64,000 nucleotides of DNA. Origin: an uncultured delta proteobacterium. Lineage in GTDB: Bacteria; Myxococcota_A; Polyangia; Haliangiales; Haliangiaceae. The number at the start of each line of letters is the position of its first letter. Positions within the stretch are counted from its first letter, which is position 1. Position numbers and translations under genes: made by a program. The DNA lies in assembly GCA_963848295.1 (NCBI GenBank), contig CAWKDB010000010.1, positions 704,001 to 768,000 of the forward strand, in the 5' to 3' direction. Under the pieces are notes generated by a model. That model saw only the letters and a list, made by a program, of their open reading frames with translations, had not been told where the DNA came from and ran no database searches. Shown piece after piece: positions 9,179 to 18,679 of the stretch.

Positions 9179-11428
9179 GTGGCCGCCGATCTTCTGTCGC
9201 GGTGGTTTGCTCGCCTCGCTCGCTGGCGCTTCGCGATCGTGGCGATCTACGGGCTCCTCGTGCCGGCGGCCGTGCTCGTCGCGACCCGTATCCCGACGCA
9301 CGGGGAGATCGAGCAGCTGATCGTGCCCGGTGATCCCGACCTCGCGGCGACGCGCGCGTTCGAGAAGATCTTCCCCGAGCCCCAGCTCGTGCTGCTCGTG
9401 CTCGAGCTCGACGATCCGTGGAGCTCGAAGGCGCTCGACCGGCTCGCTCGGGCCGAGCGCGCGATCTCGAGAGTGCCACACGTGACCGCGTTCACCGCGG
9501 TCGACGCGATCCGCCGTGCGCACCCTGGCGCGGACCCGGCGACGATCCGCAAGCTCGCGCTCGGGACCGAGTTGTTTCGTCGCCAGGGTCTCGTCGGCGA
9601 CCGGTTCCTCACGGTGATCGCAAACCTCGATGTCCACGGCGCGACCGCGCGCGACGCGGCGCTCGCCGCGATCGATCGCGAGCTCGACCGCGCGCAGGTC
9701 GGCACCGTGCACGAAGTGGGTGGGCCGGTCGTCACGTCGTGGCTCGAGCACCAGTCGTCGACCGCGACCGCACATTCGTTCGCGCTGTTCGGGGTCCTGC
9801 TCGTCGCGGTCACCTGGTTTCTATATCGCTCGTGGCGCGCGTTGTTGGCGATCGTGGTAGCGCTCGGCGCGTCGGTCGCGCTCGCGATCGCGGTTGGTGG
9901 CGTGCTCGGGTTCGCTTTCACGATCGTCTCCGCGCTCGTCCCGCTGACCGTGATGGTGACGACGATGGCCACGCTCACGTACCTTCACTCGCGGTTCATC
10001 GATCAACCATCGGGTCTCCCCCTCGCCGCACACCAGGTCGTCGCGCTGCGCAACAAGTTCCTGCCGGTCACGGCGTCGACGATCGCGACCGCCACCGGGT
10101 TCGCCGCGCTCGCGGTGTCGGACATCCGGCCGATCCGCGAGATGGGCTTGTGGACCGCCGCCGGCATCGTGATCGCGTGGCTCGTCGCGTTCACGCTGTT
10201 CCCGGCGCTCCAGCTCGTGCTCCAGACCCCGACCGGCCGGCGGGTCGCGGTCAGGAGCGCGCTGTACGAGCGGATCGCGCTCACTCTGCCGGCGCAGACG
10301 TTTCGCCACCGCCGCGCGCTCGTCGCGATCGCGTTCGCGGGATGCGCGGCGGGCGTGGTCGCGATCACCGGGATTCCCGGCGTGTGGCGCGGCGCGGCGG
10401 TGCGGATCGACGTGCTGTCGAACGTCGCCTCCGGCACGCGCCTGCACCGCGACCTCGTGTGGTTCCGCCAGCACGTGATGGATCTCAACATCGCGCGCGT
10501 GTGGATCCGGTTGCCGAGCGCGACCGCGACCGATCCCGAGGTCCTCCGCGCGATCGACGAGCTCGAGACTGCGCTCGAGACCATCCCGGGCGCGACCGGC
10601 GTGACCGGACCCACGACGCCGCTGCGCATGCGCCGCTACTTCGCCGGACACGGTGACGTCCTTCCCACCGAGCCGGTGGAGTTCGCCGACGCGGTCGCCG
10701 ACTTCGAGGAGCTGATCCTGACCGAGCCAGATCTGCGCACGTTCATCGATGTCGGCGGTCTTCGCGACCTCCAGCTCGCGGTGCTGTTTCGCGGCGGCGA
10801 CGCCGCCGGCTACACCGCGATGAGCGACCAGATCCGCGTCCGGTGGAACGCGATCGCCGCGCGTTCGCCGGCACTCGCCGGTGCGACGATGGAGGTCGTC
10901 GGAGAATCGCTGGTCCAGGTCAAGGTCGGTGAGAGCCTCGTGCCGACGCTCGCCGAGAGCCTCGCGCTGACCGTCGGGTGCATCCTCGTCGTGTTTCTCG
11001 TCGTGTTTCGCAGTGGCACCGAGCGTCTGCTCGCGATGATCCCATCGCTGTTCGCGCTGCTGGTCACGTTCTTCGCCATGCGCGTGCTCGGTGGCTCGCT
11101 GAACATCGCGACGATCCTCGTGACGACCACCGTGCTGGGTTCGACCGAGAACGATCAACTGCACTTCTTCCATCACATGCACGAGCTCGGCACCGGCGGG
11201 CTCGAGCAACGCCTCCGCCACACGCTGCGGGTGTCGGGCCGAGCGATCGCGTTCGCCACGCTGGTGAGCTCGGTCGGGTTCCTCGCGCTCGCCACATCCA
11301 GCTTTCCGCCGCTGCGCCAGTTCGGCCTGATGATGGCGTGCGCGTTCGCGCTCGCGATGATCGCCGACTTCACGATCCTCCCAGCAGCGCTGTGGCTGGT
11401 CGCGCGCGACCGGCCGCTGGAGGGTTGA
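9179..11428 (+). CDS. MMPL/RND family lipid transporter (HpnN/BstA-like)
   Basis: 749 aa, two repeats of TM + periplasmic domain + 5 TM; GFAALAVSDIRPIREMG and GFLALATSSFPPLRQFG. Confidence 0.88.
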   Translation: MAADLLSRWFARLARWRFAIVAIYGLLVPAAVLVATRIPTHGEIEQLIVPGDPDLAATRAFEKIFPEPQLVLLVLELDDPWSSKALDRLARAERAISRVPHVTAFTAVDAIRRAHPGADPATIRKLALGTELFRRQGLVGDRFLTVIANLDVHGATARDAALAAIDRELDRAQVGTVHEVGGPVVTSWLEHQSSTATAHSFALFGVLLVAVTWFLYRSWRALLAIVVALGASVALAIAVGGVLGFAFTIVSALVPLTVMVTTMATLTYLHSRFIDQPSGLPLAAHQVVALRNKFLPVTASTIATATGFAALAVSDIRPIREMGLWTAAGIVIAWLVAFTLFPALQLVLQTPTGRRVAVRSALYERIALTLPAQTFRHRRALVAIAFAGCAAGVVAITGIPGVWRGAAVRIDVLSNVASGTRLHRDLVWFRQHVMDLNIARVWIRLPSATATDPEVLRAIDELETALETIPGATGVTGPTTPLRMRRYFAGHGDVLPTEPVEFADAVADFEELILTEPDLRTFIDVGGLRDLQLAVLFRGGDAAGYTAMSDQIRVRWNAIAARSPALAGATMEVVGESLVQVKVGESLVPTLAESLALTVGCILVVFLVVFRSGTERLLAMIPSLFALLVTFFAMRVLGGSLNIATILVTTTVLGSTENDQLHFFHHMHELGTGGLEQRLRHTLRVSGRAIAFATLVSSVGFLALATSSFPPLRQFGLMMACAFALAMIADFTILPAALWLVARDRPLEG

Positions 11429-11452
11429 CGGTGTCGAGCTAATCGAAGAACT

Positions 11453-12070
11453 ATGGCCCGTATGGTCATTCCGAGGCGGTCGCGCATCCGTCGCAGGCTG
11501 CGCGAGAGCGTGAACGACGCGATCCTGGACTCGGCCGAGGAAGTGGCGAACGAAGCGGGCCTCGGCGGGATGAGGATCACCGAGGTCGCCGATCGTGCGG
11601 GTCTCGCGGTCGGCACGCTGTACAACTATTTCCCGGATGGCGACGCGATCCTATCGGCGCTGTTTCGCGCGCGGCGCCGGATGATCGCTCCGAAGATCGC
11701 CTCCGCGCTCGCCGCGACGAAGGGTCAGCCGTTCGAGCGGCGGCTCCGAGGCTTCGTGGACGGCTTGCTCCGGATCTTCGAGCAGCACGAACGGTTCGTG
11801 CGAATCGCCGCCCTCGCCGATCGCGACGGTGGCAAGTCCACGCCGCGCGACCGGTCGTTGCTGATTCACACCGTGGACGCACTCGAGCAGATCATGCGTG
11901 ACGGCGCGCGCCGCAAGTTGTTCGCGCAGGCTCGGGTTTCGGTCTACGCGCGGATGGTTCACGGCGCCGTGCGAGCGATGTTCTTGTGGCGGTTGGGGTC
12001 GAACGACGCCTCGATCGTGCGAGACGGCGAGCTGGTCGTCGACACGTTTCTCCGCGGGATCCTCCACTAG
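11453..12070 (+). CDS. TetR/AcrR family regulator
   Basis: ILDSAEEV...EVADRAGLAVGTLYNYF helix-turn-helix. Confidence 0.93.
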   Translation: MARMVIPRRSRIRRRLRESVNDAILDSAEEVANEAGLGGMRITEVADRAGLAVGTLYNYFPDGDAILSALFRARRRMIAPKIASALAATKGQPFERRLRGFVDGLLRIFEQHERFVRIAALADRDGGKSTPRDRSLLIHTVDALEQIMRDGARRKLFAQARVSVYARMVHGAVRAMFLWRLGSNDASIVRDGELVVDTFLRGILH

Positions 12071-12174
12071 CCTCGTGACCGCACGTGCTCTCGCGCGCGT
12101 CGCGCACTCCCGCTACGCGATCGCGCTGTCCTCCCGGCCTACGCGCTGGCACGTCGTTCGCTCGTGGGTCCGGC

Positions 12175-12450
12175 ATGACGATCGCCCAGCCGGCCACCCG
12201 CTCTCAAGTCGCAACCCTGCTCGACCCCGTCGACAATTCCGGGATCGAGCGCGTGCTCGAAGTCGGGGCGTCGCTCGACGAGCTCATCGAGGCGTTCGAC
12301 GCATTCGAAGCCGCTGGGCGTTGCCCGGCCGAGCCGTCGTCGGCGCACGTCGCCGAGATTTGCGAGATCCTCGTCGACCTCGCGCGCATCCGATCGCACC
12401 CGCCGGCGGCGGCGTCCGGACGACGCGCGCCCGGTCGTTCGCGGGCGTGA
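12175..12450 (+). CDS. Small hypothetical protein
   Basis: ATG-started ORF with typical GC3 bias filling the intergenic gap. Confidence 0.4.
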   Translation: MTIAQPATRSQVATLLDPVDNSGIERVLEVGASLDELIEAFDAFEAAGRCPAEPSSAHVAEICEILVDLARIRSHPPAAASGRRAPGRSRA

Positions 12451-12477
12451 GCTCGTCGCCGGATGGAGCGTGGCGAA

Positions 12478-15400
12478 TTACGGCGCCTGGACGACGAGCC
12501 CGTTCGGGGGATCATTCGCCGGCGTCAGCTCGTCCCAGGCCAGGACCGGCGAGCCGTGGCCGGTGGTCGCGGCGAGCGAGAAGCCGTCGAGCAACGGGCC
12601 GGTCGCGAGCGGTGTCGTCGTCCACGTCGCGCCCGAGAGCGTCGCGATGTCGACGTCCGACACCATGCCGTCCTGGTACGCGATCGTCGGCGAGCCGTTG
12701 TCGAGGTATAGCGCGGCCGCGCTGCCGACCGGGTGCGTGCGATCGCCCGGGCGCTCGCCGTCGTCGACCACGACCGGCGTGCCGGGCGTGCCGTTCCACG
12801 TCGTGTACATGAGCTGGTCGCCGATCGCGTCTTGGTACGCGATGTGGACGGTGCCGTCCTCGGCGACCGCGGCGCTCGCCCACATGCCGCGATCCTGGAG
12901 CGCGACGTTGCCGTCGAGGATCGTCGGCGTGAACTGGTTCGTGTTCGCCGCGCTCTCGACGCCGAGCACGAGCGCGCGCGCGTTGCGATCGTAGTACGCG
13001 GCGACGAGCCGGCCGTCGGACATCACGCCCATGCTGACAAACAGGCCGGTGCCGGTCGGGATGTCATCGAGCTCGGTCGTCGGCGTCGCGACCTCGGTGA
13101 CGCACGCGCCAGCGTTGCACACGTCGCCGCTGCCGCACGCCGGCGTGCAGTCGTTCGTCGCCGCGACACAGCTCTGCGGATCGCCCGCGGTCGCCGATTC
13201 GACGCAGCTCTCGCCCGCATCGCACAGGCCCGCGCACGTGCCGGGCGCGCTCGCGATCGTGATGCCGGTCGTCCAATCGCCGACGCTCTGCGGACTCGCC
13301 TTGTTCCCGCGCGCGAGCCGAAGCTCGGTCGTGCGATGACCGGCCCCATCGTCGACGCCGACCGCGAGGTACGCGATCGCCGGGTTGCCGCTCGCATCGA
13401 TCACCATGTTCGCGAACGCGCCGATCGCCTCGTTCGCGGCCGGCGTATCGATCACGTAGTTGCTCCACGAGCCGCCCGCCGACGACTCCGCCGCGTATTT
13501 GAGCGCGGTCGCGTCGCGGTCTTGGTACGCGACGCTCGCGATGTGATTCACGAGCGCGATCGAGGTCCACGCGCCGACGTCGGGGCCGGCATCGGCGATG
13601 CCGCCGCGATAGCTGCTCGGATCGTGGGTCGGCGTGACGTCGGCCGGGATGCCGTCGACCGCGACGTACGTCAGGTTCGACGTGTCGGTCGCATCGACCG
13701 CGACGAGATCGCCGAGCACCTGGTCGTAGGTCGCGACCATCACACGCTTGTCGTCGCCGGCGATGCTCGTGAACCGACCGATCGCGCCGCGCGCGATGTC
13801 GCCCGGCAAGCACGCGGTGTCCCCGCACGGCTTGTTGTTGCAACCGCAGCCATGCAGCGCGAACAACGCGACCGCCCACACCGCGACGCCCAAGCGCGGC
13901 AGCGCGCGGCGCACGGCGCGCACGATCCGACGGCGGCGCGACCGCGGCAGCGCGAGCAGGCCGAGCGCGACGAAGATCGGAGCGGACCCGCCGGGGCTCG
14001 CGTCGCCGCTGTTGCACACGCAGCCGGTCGTACCTGCCTGGCCGTGGAAGTCGTTGCGCTTGTTCTGTGGCGCGGCGTCGGCGCCGATCGTGATGTCGGT
14101 CTCCGCCGGGGTCAGGTCGATCGACCTGGGGTGACCGATCACACGCGCGCGCGCTTCGATGTGGTGCACGCCGGCGAGCCAGAACGTCTTCGGCGACAGC
14201 GTCGGCCGCGGGTTCGGGCTCCACGCGGACCACGTGCCGTGATCAAGCCGGATCGAGTACTCGAGGTTGCCGGCGTTGCCGCCGAGCTCGAGCTGAACCC
14301 GCGGCGGCGGCGTGCTCGCCCACAGGTGTGGCGTGTCGAGGACCGCCGCCGGCGGTTGCGTGACCGACGTGACCGCGAGCGTGGTCTCGACCATCGGCGG
14401 AGTAGGCGACGACGGGACGAGGTTCGCGTAGATCGCGAGGAACGACGCGTTGTCGACGTCGGTGATCGACGTGATATCGAGGTCGAGATCGCCGATCGCC
14501 GGCAACGCGATCGAGCCGAGGCCGCTCGACAGCTGCGGCAGCACGAGCCCGAGGATGCTAGGGAACAGCTGCGCGAGATCGTCCGGGCTCTCGGTCACCG
14601 CGTCGCTGTTCTTGACCGAGATGTTTGTAAACGCATCGGTCGGCGAGCCGATCACCGGCGTCAGCTTGCCCATCTCCGAGGTCTGCAAGCCGACCGGCAG
14701 GTGGACGTCGGCGACGACGGTGAACACCCGAATGTACTGCTCGTCGACCGCGGCGAAGAAGTCGAGCTCCATCCCGGTGAACTTGATATCGAGCGCGGGG
14801 TCCGCGACGACCGGGTTGCCGTTGCTGTCGGTCGTGAACGTGTTCGCGCCGAGCGTGATCACCGGCGGGCTCTGCGGGCGCAGCCCGACCGCCATCGGCG
14901 ACGCGGTCGCGACGAGCTTGGTCAGCGAGCGCGACACCAGGCCGATCGTGTCGGTCGTCAGCTCGCTGACCGTGTCGTGTCCGACCGTGAGGCAGAACAG
15001 GCCGCCGTTGTAGCCGGCGTACGCGAGCTGGTCGAGCTGCGACTTGTGGATGCCGATGCCTACGTCGTAGGTCTCGCCGGTGTCCGGGCGCGTGTTGCCC
15101 GAGAAGTACGCCGACTGCGGGATCGAGATCGGCGCCGGCTCGGTCGACGGCGGACCACATCGATCGCGCGGAGCGCCCGACGGTTCCATGCCACCGAGCA
15201 GGCCGAGCGCGATGCCACCGGTGTTAGTCGTAGCGTAGCCGCCGGCGACCTCGTAGAGATCCATCGAGCCGGTCGTACCGGGCGAGAACGAGCCGAACAA
15301 TGCGGTCCCGACCGCCCGACCGTCGATGCCGAGCTCCTCGAGGCAGTTCGCGCCTTCCATGCACACGTTGTTCGTGCAAGCGGTCGCGAACGAGCTGCCA

Positions 15401-16170
15401 CACTCTGCGGTCGTGCCGCCCGGGCACGCCTTGCACGTGGCGCTGTTGATCGCGCTCTCGATCGGCGACGTTAGCTGGCTCTCGAGCAGGCTGAGGAAGA
15501 AACTGAGGCCGAGATCCGCGATGTCGCAGGCGATGCTGCCGCCGAGCGAGACGTCGGCGCTCTCGAGGTTCGTGAGCGTGACCGTGCCTGCGGCGATGCG
15601 CGTGGTGGCGGCGGTCGCGTCCTGCGTGAAGTCGATCGGCAGCGCGACCGTGACATCGGGGACCGAGCCTTGCGTCGTATCGACGGTCACCGTGCAATCG
15701 CCGAACACCGGGACGTTGACCGGGATCGGGGTCATCGTCTTGAGTCGCGCGTTCACGGTGACGTCGAGCTCGGAAGCGCCCTGCTTCGGCGCGAGCACGA
15801 GCCGCGGCGAATCGCCGGTGTGCTGCGAGATGTCGATGTTGATCGGACCGCACGGGTTCTGCGCGACGCCACCGGGGCAGCAGATCGGCGTGGTGCCGCT
15901 GCAGCTCGCGGGGACGTTGAATGCGATCACGCCGTTCGTGCCACCCGCGAGGCTATCGACCAGCGCCGCGGGATCTGCGGTGATCGCGGCGAGGCCGGTC
16001 TGGGACACGCGAGCTTGCGCCGCGTTCGCAGTCCGCTTGCCGGGCGCGAAGCCACCGGGGATCGGCTGCAGCCCACAACCTCCGCAGCCGCTGCATCCGC
16101 CGCCCGAGCACGACGCGATCAACAACGCGGCCACGACCAAGACGAACCAATCGACACGCGGGAGCTTCAT
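12478..16170 (-). CDS. Large Cys-rich lipoprotein: BPI/LBP-like N-terminal half, internal MYXO-CTERM-like segment, beta-propeller-like C-terminal half
   Basis: Lipobox LIASC followed by GGGCSGCGGCG; ARVSQTGLAAI; internal GCVCN..IFVALGLLALPRSRRRR; repeated IAYQD motifs. Confidence 0.8.
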   Translation of the reverse strand: MKLPRVDWFVLVVAALLIASCSGGGCSGCGGCGLQPIPGGFAPGKRTANAAQARVSQTGLAAITADPAALVDSLAGGTNGVIAFNVPASCSGTTPICCPGGVAQNPCGPINIDISQHTGDSPRLVLAPKQGASELDVTVNARLKTMTPIPVNVPVFGDCTVTVDTTQGSVPDVTVALPIDFTQDATAATTRIAAGTVTLTNLESADVSLGGSIACDIADLGLSFFLSLLESQLTSPIESAINSATCKACPGGTTAECGSSFATACTNNVCMEGANCLEELGIDGRAVGTALFGSFSPGTTGSMDLYEVAGGYATTNTGGIALGLLGGMEPSGAPRDRCGPPSTEPAPISIPQSAYFSGNTRPDTGETYDVGIGIHKSQLDQLAYAGYNGGLFCLTVGHDTVSELTTDTIGLVSRSLTKLVATASPMAVGLRPQSPPVITLGANTFTTDSNGNPVVADPALDIKFTGMELDFFAAVDEQYIRVFTVVADVHLPVGLQTSEMGKLTPVIGSPTDAFTNISVKNSDAVTESPDDLAQLFPSILGLVLPQLSSGLGSIALPAIGDLDLDITSITDVDNASFLAIYANLVPSSPTPPMVETTLAVTSVTQPPAAVLDTPHLWASTPPPRVQLELGGNAGNLEYSIRLDHGTWSAWSPNPRPTLSPKTFWLAGVHHIEARARVIGHPRSIDLTPAETDITIGADAAPQNKRNDFHGQAGTTGCVCNSGDASPGGSAPIFVALGLLALPRSRRRRIVRAVRRALPRLGVAVWAVALFALHGCGCNNKPCGDTACLPGDIARGAIGRFTSIAGDDKRVMVATYDQVLGDLVAVDATDTSNLTYVAVDGIPADVTPTHDPSSYRGGIADAGPDVGAWTSIALVNHIASVAYQDRDATALKYAAESSAGGSWSNYVIDTPAANEAIGAFANMVIDASGNPAIAYLAVGVDDGAGHRTTELRLARGNKASPQSVGDWTTGITIASAPGTCAGLCDAGESCVESATAGDPQSCVAATNDCTPACGSGDVCNAGACVTEVATPTTELDDIPTGTGLFVSMGVMSDGRLVAAYYDRNARALVLGVESAANTNQFTPTILDGNVALQDRGMWASAAVAEDGTVHIAYQDAIGDQLMYTTWNGTPGTPVVVDDGERPGDRTHPVGSAAALYLDNGSPTIAYQDGMVSDVDIATLSGATWTTTPLATGPLLDGFSLAATTGHGSPVLAWDELTPANDPPNGLVVQAP

Positions 16171-16256
16171 CGCCTCGGAGACTGCTGGAGATCGTCCGCG
16201 CGATCAACGGTGAAGAGGTGACACCGCGGCGCCCCCCCGCGGCGATCGCCAGCTTC

Positions 16257-16362
16257 GCCGCAAGTTGACAATAGAGACACCGTCCCCAGGGTTTTACGTT
16301 TGGCGGCGCGTTGTTAGCGATCGCTATGTCGGCCGCAAGTGGACAAAAGAGACAGCGTCACC
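16257..16362. repeat. Imperfect 31-bp direct repeat pair with a 44-bp spacer
   Basis: GCCGCAAGTTGACAATAGAGACACCGTCCCC (16257-16287) vs GCCGCAAGTGGACAAAAGAGACAGCGTCACC (16332-16362), 27/31 identical. Confidence 0.75.
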
Positions 16363-18032
16363 TATTGGACGGCGCCCTGGACGAGGACGTAGCCGGTCTG
16401 TTCGCCGATGGTCAGGTTGGTGACGCTGACGCCACCGACGGTAGGTAGCGGAATCGCGCCGACGGAGCCGGAGCCGACGGCGATGACCCGCGACAGCGCG
16501 AAGGACAGGATCGCTTGGAACTGCTCGTTGGAGAGCTCGTTCGCACCGTCGACGCCGGTGTCATCGACATCGACGTAGACGGTCGGGGTGCCGACATCGA
16601 GCTTCATCGCGCCGGTCGCGTCGGCGGTGACCTTGAGGTCGACTTGCGCGTTGATCGCGACGCTGGTGACGACGTCGCCGTTGTTCTGGAACGAGCCGAG
16701 CAGGTCGCCGATCGTCAGCACGAGGCCATCGCCGGTGGCATCGACGTACGGCGGCACCGCGGTGGTGACGTCGACCGCGTTGTAGAGCGTGCCGAGGTTG
16801 CCGTACGATCCGTTGGTCAGGTCGATGTTCTGGTCGAGGCCGCCCGACGCCCACAGGCTGCCGAACAGCTGGTTCGCCGCGTTCTGCGCGACCGCGAGCT
16901 GGAACCCGTGTGACGTGTCCATCATCGGCGGCGTGCTCGCGATGCTGACGAAGCCGGGCGCCTTGTCGTCGCCTTCGGCGCGCAGCGTGGTGTCGAGGCC
17001 GACGATCGCGCCGGCGCTGGAGAAGTTGATCGTCGCCGGCTTGACCGTGATGTCGATCGTGCGCCCGAACACGGTGACCTGCTCGGTCTTGTTGAGGCCG
17101 GCGAGCGCGGTGTTGAGCGACGGCACGACGAACTTCTCGGCCGCCCACGCGACGATCGGGCCGAGCGAGGTGTTGAGGTCGAGCATGTCGGCGATGTCGC
17201 CGATCAGGCCGCCGAGCTCGATGTCGAGACCGGTGAAGCTGACGTTCGAGTTGTCGAGCGCGATCGCGAAGCCGCCGTTGCTGGTGTCGATGCCGATCGC
17301 GAGGTTGCCGGTGACCGACACGTGCGACGCCGAGATCGTGATGTCTCGGCTGCCGTTGATGCACGCCGCGGCGTAGTTGAGATGCATGGCGATGAACACG
17401 TTGTCGAGCTCGCCGTCGAGCGCGAGCCCGCCGGTCTGCGGCACCATGCCGACCGTCGCGCCGCCGATCGTGAAGCTCGTGATCGAGCCCTGGACGTACA
17501 GGCAGTCGGGGCCGTTCGGTGCGCCGTCGTTGATCACGGGGTTGCCGGCTTCGAGCGTGGTCGTGAGGTCACCGCTCGTCATGTAGTTGGCCGCGACCCG
17601 ACCGATCGCGGCGAACGTCTCGGCCGACAGCGCCGCGGTCAGGCCGTTCGTCACCGGGTTCGCGATCGCGGTCATCGGACCGGCGACCACCGCGCGCGTC
17701 GCGGTGCCTTGGTTGCCCGACGCGTCGCTCGCGATCGCGTGCAGCAAGTTCGTGCCCGGCGTGACGGGTACGGTTGCGGTGAACGAGCCATCGCCGGCGA
17801 CCGGGGCGGCGACGCCGTTGATCGTCAGCGAGGTGACGCCGACGTCGTCGGTCGCGGTGCCGGTGACCGTTACGGCCTGGACGTCGCCGGCGATCGTGCC
17901 GCGAGCGGGGGTGGTGATGGTGACACGAGGGGCGTTGGGATCGAGGGCGGGACCATTCGGGTTGTACGGATGGTCGGTGCACGCGGTGAGGAGTCCGACG
18001 ATGCCGAAGGCGATAATTTTGAAGTTGCGCAT
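16362..18032 (-). CDS. Lipoprotein with Ig-like domain and BPI/LBP (TULIP)-like region
   Basis: MRNFKIIAFGIVGLLTAC lipobox; Ig-like VTGTATDDVGVTSLTING; FQLAVAQNAANQLFGSLWASGGL. Confidence 0.78.
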   Translation of the reverse strand: MRNFKIIAFGIVGLLTACTDHPYNPNGPALDPNAPRVTITTPARGTIAGDVQAVTVTGTATDDVGVTSLTINGVAAPVAGDGSFTATVPVTPGTNLLHAIASDASGNQGTATRAVVAGPMTAIANPVTNGLTAALSAETFAAIGRVAANYMTSGDLTTTLEAGNPVINDGAPNGPDCLYVQGSITSFTIGGATVGMVPQTGGLALDGELDNVFIAMHLNYAAACINGSRDITISASHVSVTGNLAIGIDTSNGGFAIALDNSNVSFTGLDIELGGLIGDIADMLDLNTSLGPIVAWAAEKFVVPSLNTALAGLNKTEQVTVFGRTIDITVKPATINFSSAGAIVGLDTTLRAEGDDKAPGFVSIASTPPMMDTSHGFQLAVAQNAANQLFGSLWASGGLDQNIDLTNGSYGNLGTLYNAVDVTTAVPPYVDATGDGLVLTIGDLLGSFQNNGDVVTSVAINAQVDLKVTADATGAMKLDVGTPTVYVDVDDTGVDGANELSNEQFQAILSFALSRVIAVGSGSVGAIPLPTVGGVSVTNLTIGEQTGYVLVQGAVQ

Positions 18033-18679
18033 GTCGAATCTCCCGTTGATGCGGAGACGTTCAGCAAGAAGGAGGCCACGCCGTCGAACCACTTGTCCTG
18101 CGCGGGAGCGTTCGCGAGCACGACCCGACCGTCGCTGCGATCCTGCCAAGATACGCGCGTTGTTCGGGGATCTTTCGAGCCGATCGCGAGCGTGCCGCCG
18201 GTGGCTACTGGATATGTCACCAGGATGACGACGATCGGCCGGCCGCTCCCCGGCTCGACCCCGATCTTGGCCTGCGCCGAGTCCGGAATCAGGGGTTTAC
18301 CATCGATCGTGACCTCGACCGACGACATCGCGTAGGCGGTCAGGACCAGGCGCAGGGTCTCGAGCATGAGCGACGCCGGCTGGCTGGTCACCCGGGCGAG
18401 CACCGCTTCGTTCGCCGCGCCCGAGCCCGGCCGGTAGCCCACGAGCAGCGCTAGCTCGCACGGCTCGAGCTGGGCCACGACCGTGCGCAGTGGCGGGAAC
18501 GTGTGACCCCAGGCCGGCGTACCTGCCAGCGCGATGGCTAGGACAGTAGCCAGCGCGAGGGGCGATCGGACCCGCGCCGGATGGCCTGGGTTTCCGGATC
18601 GTGTACGAGGACGTGCACGTGGCACGTGGCACGTGCGCGTGCTCGTACACGATCCCTGCCGCGCCAACGCTGCGCTCAT
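17870..18679 (-). CDS. Hypothetical exported protein (both boundaries uncertain)
   Basis: Signal-like LALATVLAIALAGTPAWG-H; possible ATGA coupling at 18679; 3' end overlaps the next gene. Confidence 0.5.
   Translation of the reverse strand: MSAALARQGSCTSTRTCHVPRARPRTRSGNPGHPARVRSPLALATVLAIALAGTPAWGHTFPPLRTVVAQLEPCELALLVGYRPGSGAANEAVLARVTSQPASLMLETLRLVLTAYAMSSVEVTIDGKPLIPDSAQAKIGVEPGSGRPIVVILVTYPVATGGTLAIGSKDPRTTRVSWQDRSDGRVVLANAPAQDKWFDGVASFLLNVSASTGDSTCATSKLSPSASSDSSPRAPTIRTTRMVPPSIPTPLVSPSPPPLAARSPATSRP
18596..18655. repeat. CACGTG-rich palindromic element (REP-like)
   Basis: GGATCGTGTACGAG...CTCGTACACGATCC hairpin; related copies at 37727 and 39819. Confidence 0.75.

Noticed and set aside
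12733..15474. Long antisense and alternative-frame ORFs (this one and many others in the track)
   Set aside because: Arg/Ala-rich shadow ORFs expected in high-GC DNA, with no recognisable motifs.
16257..16362. CRISPR array
   Set aside because: Only two imperfect repeats, no cas genes and no clear repeat hairpin.
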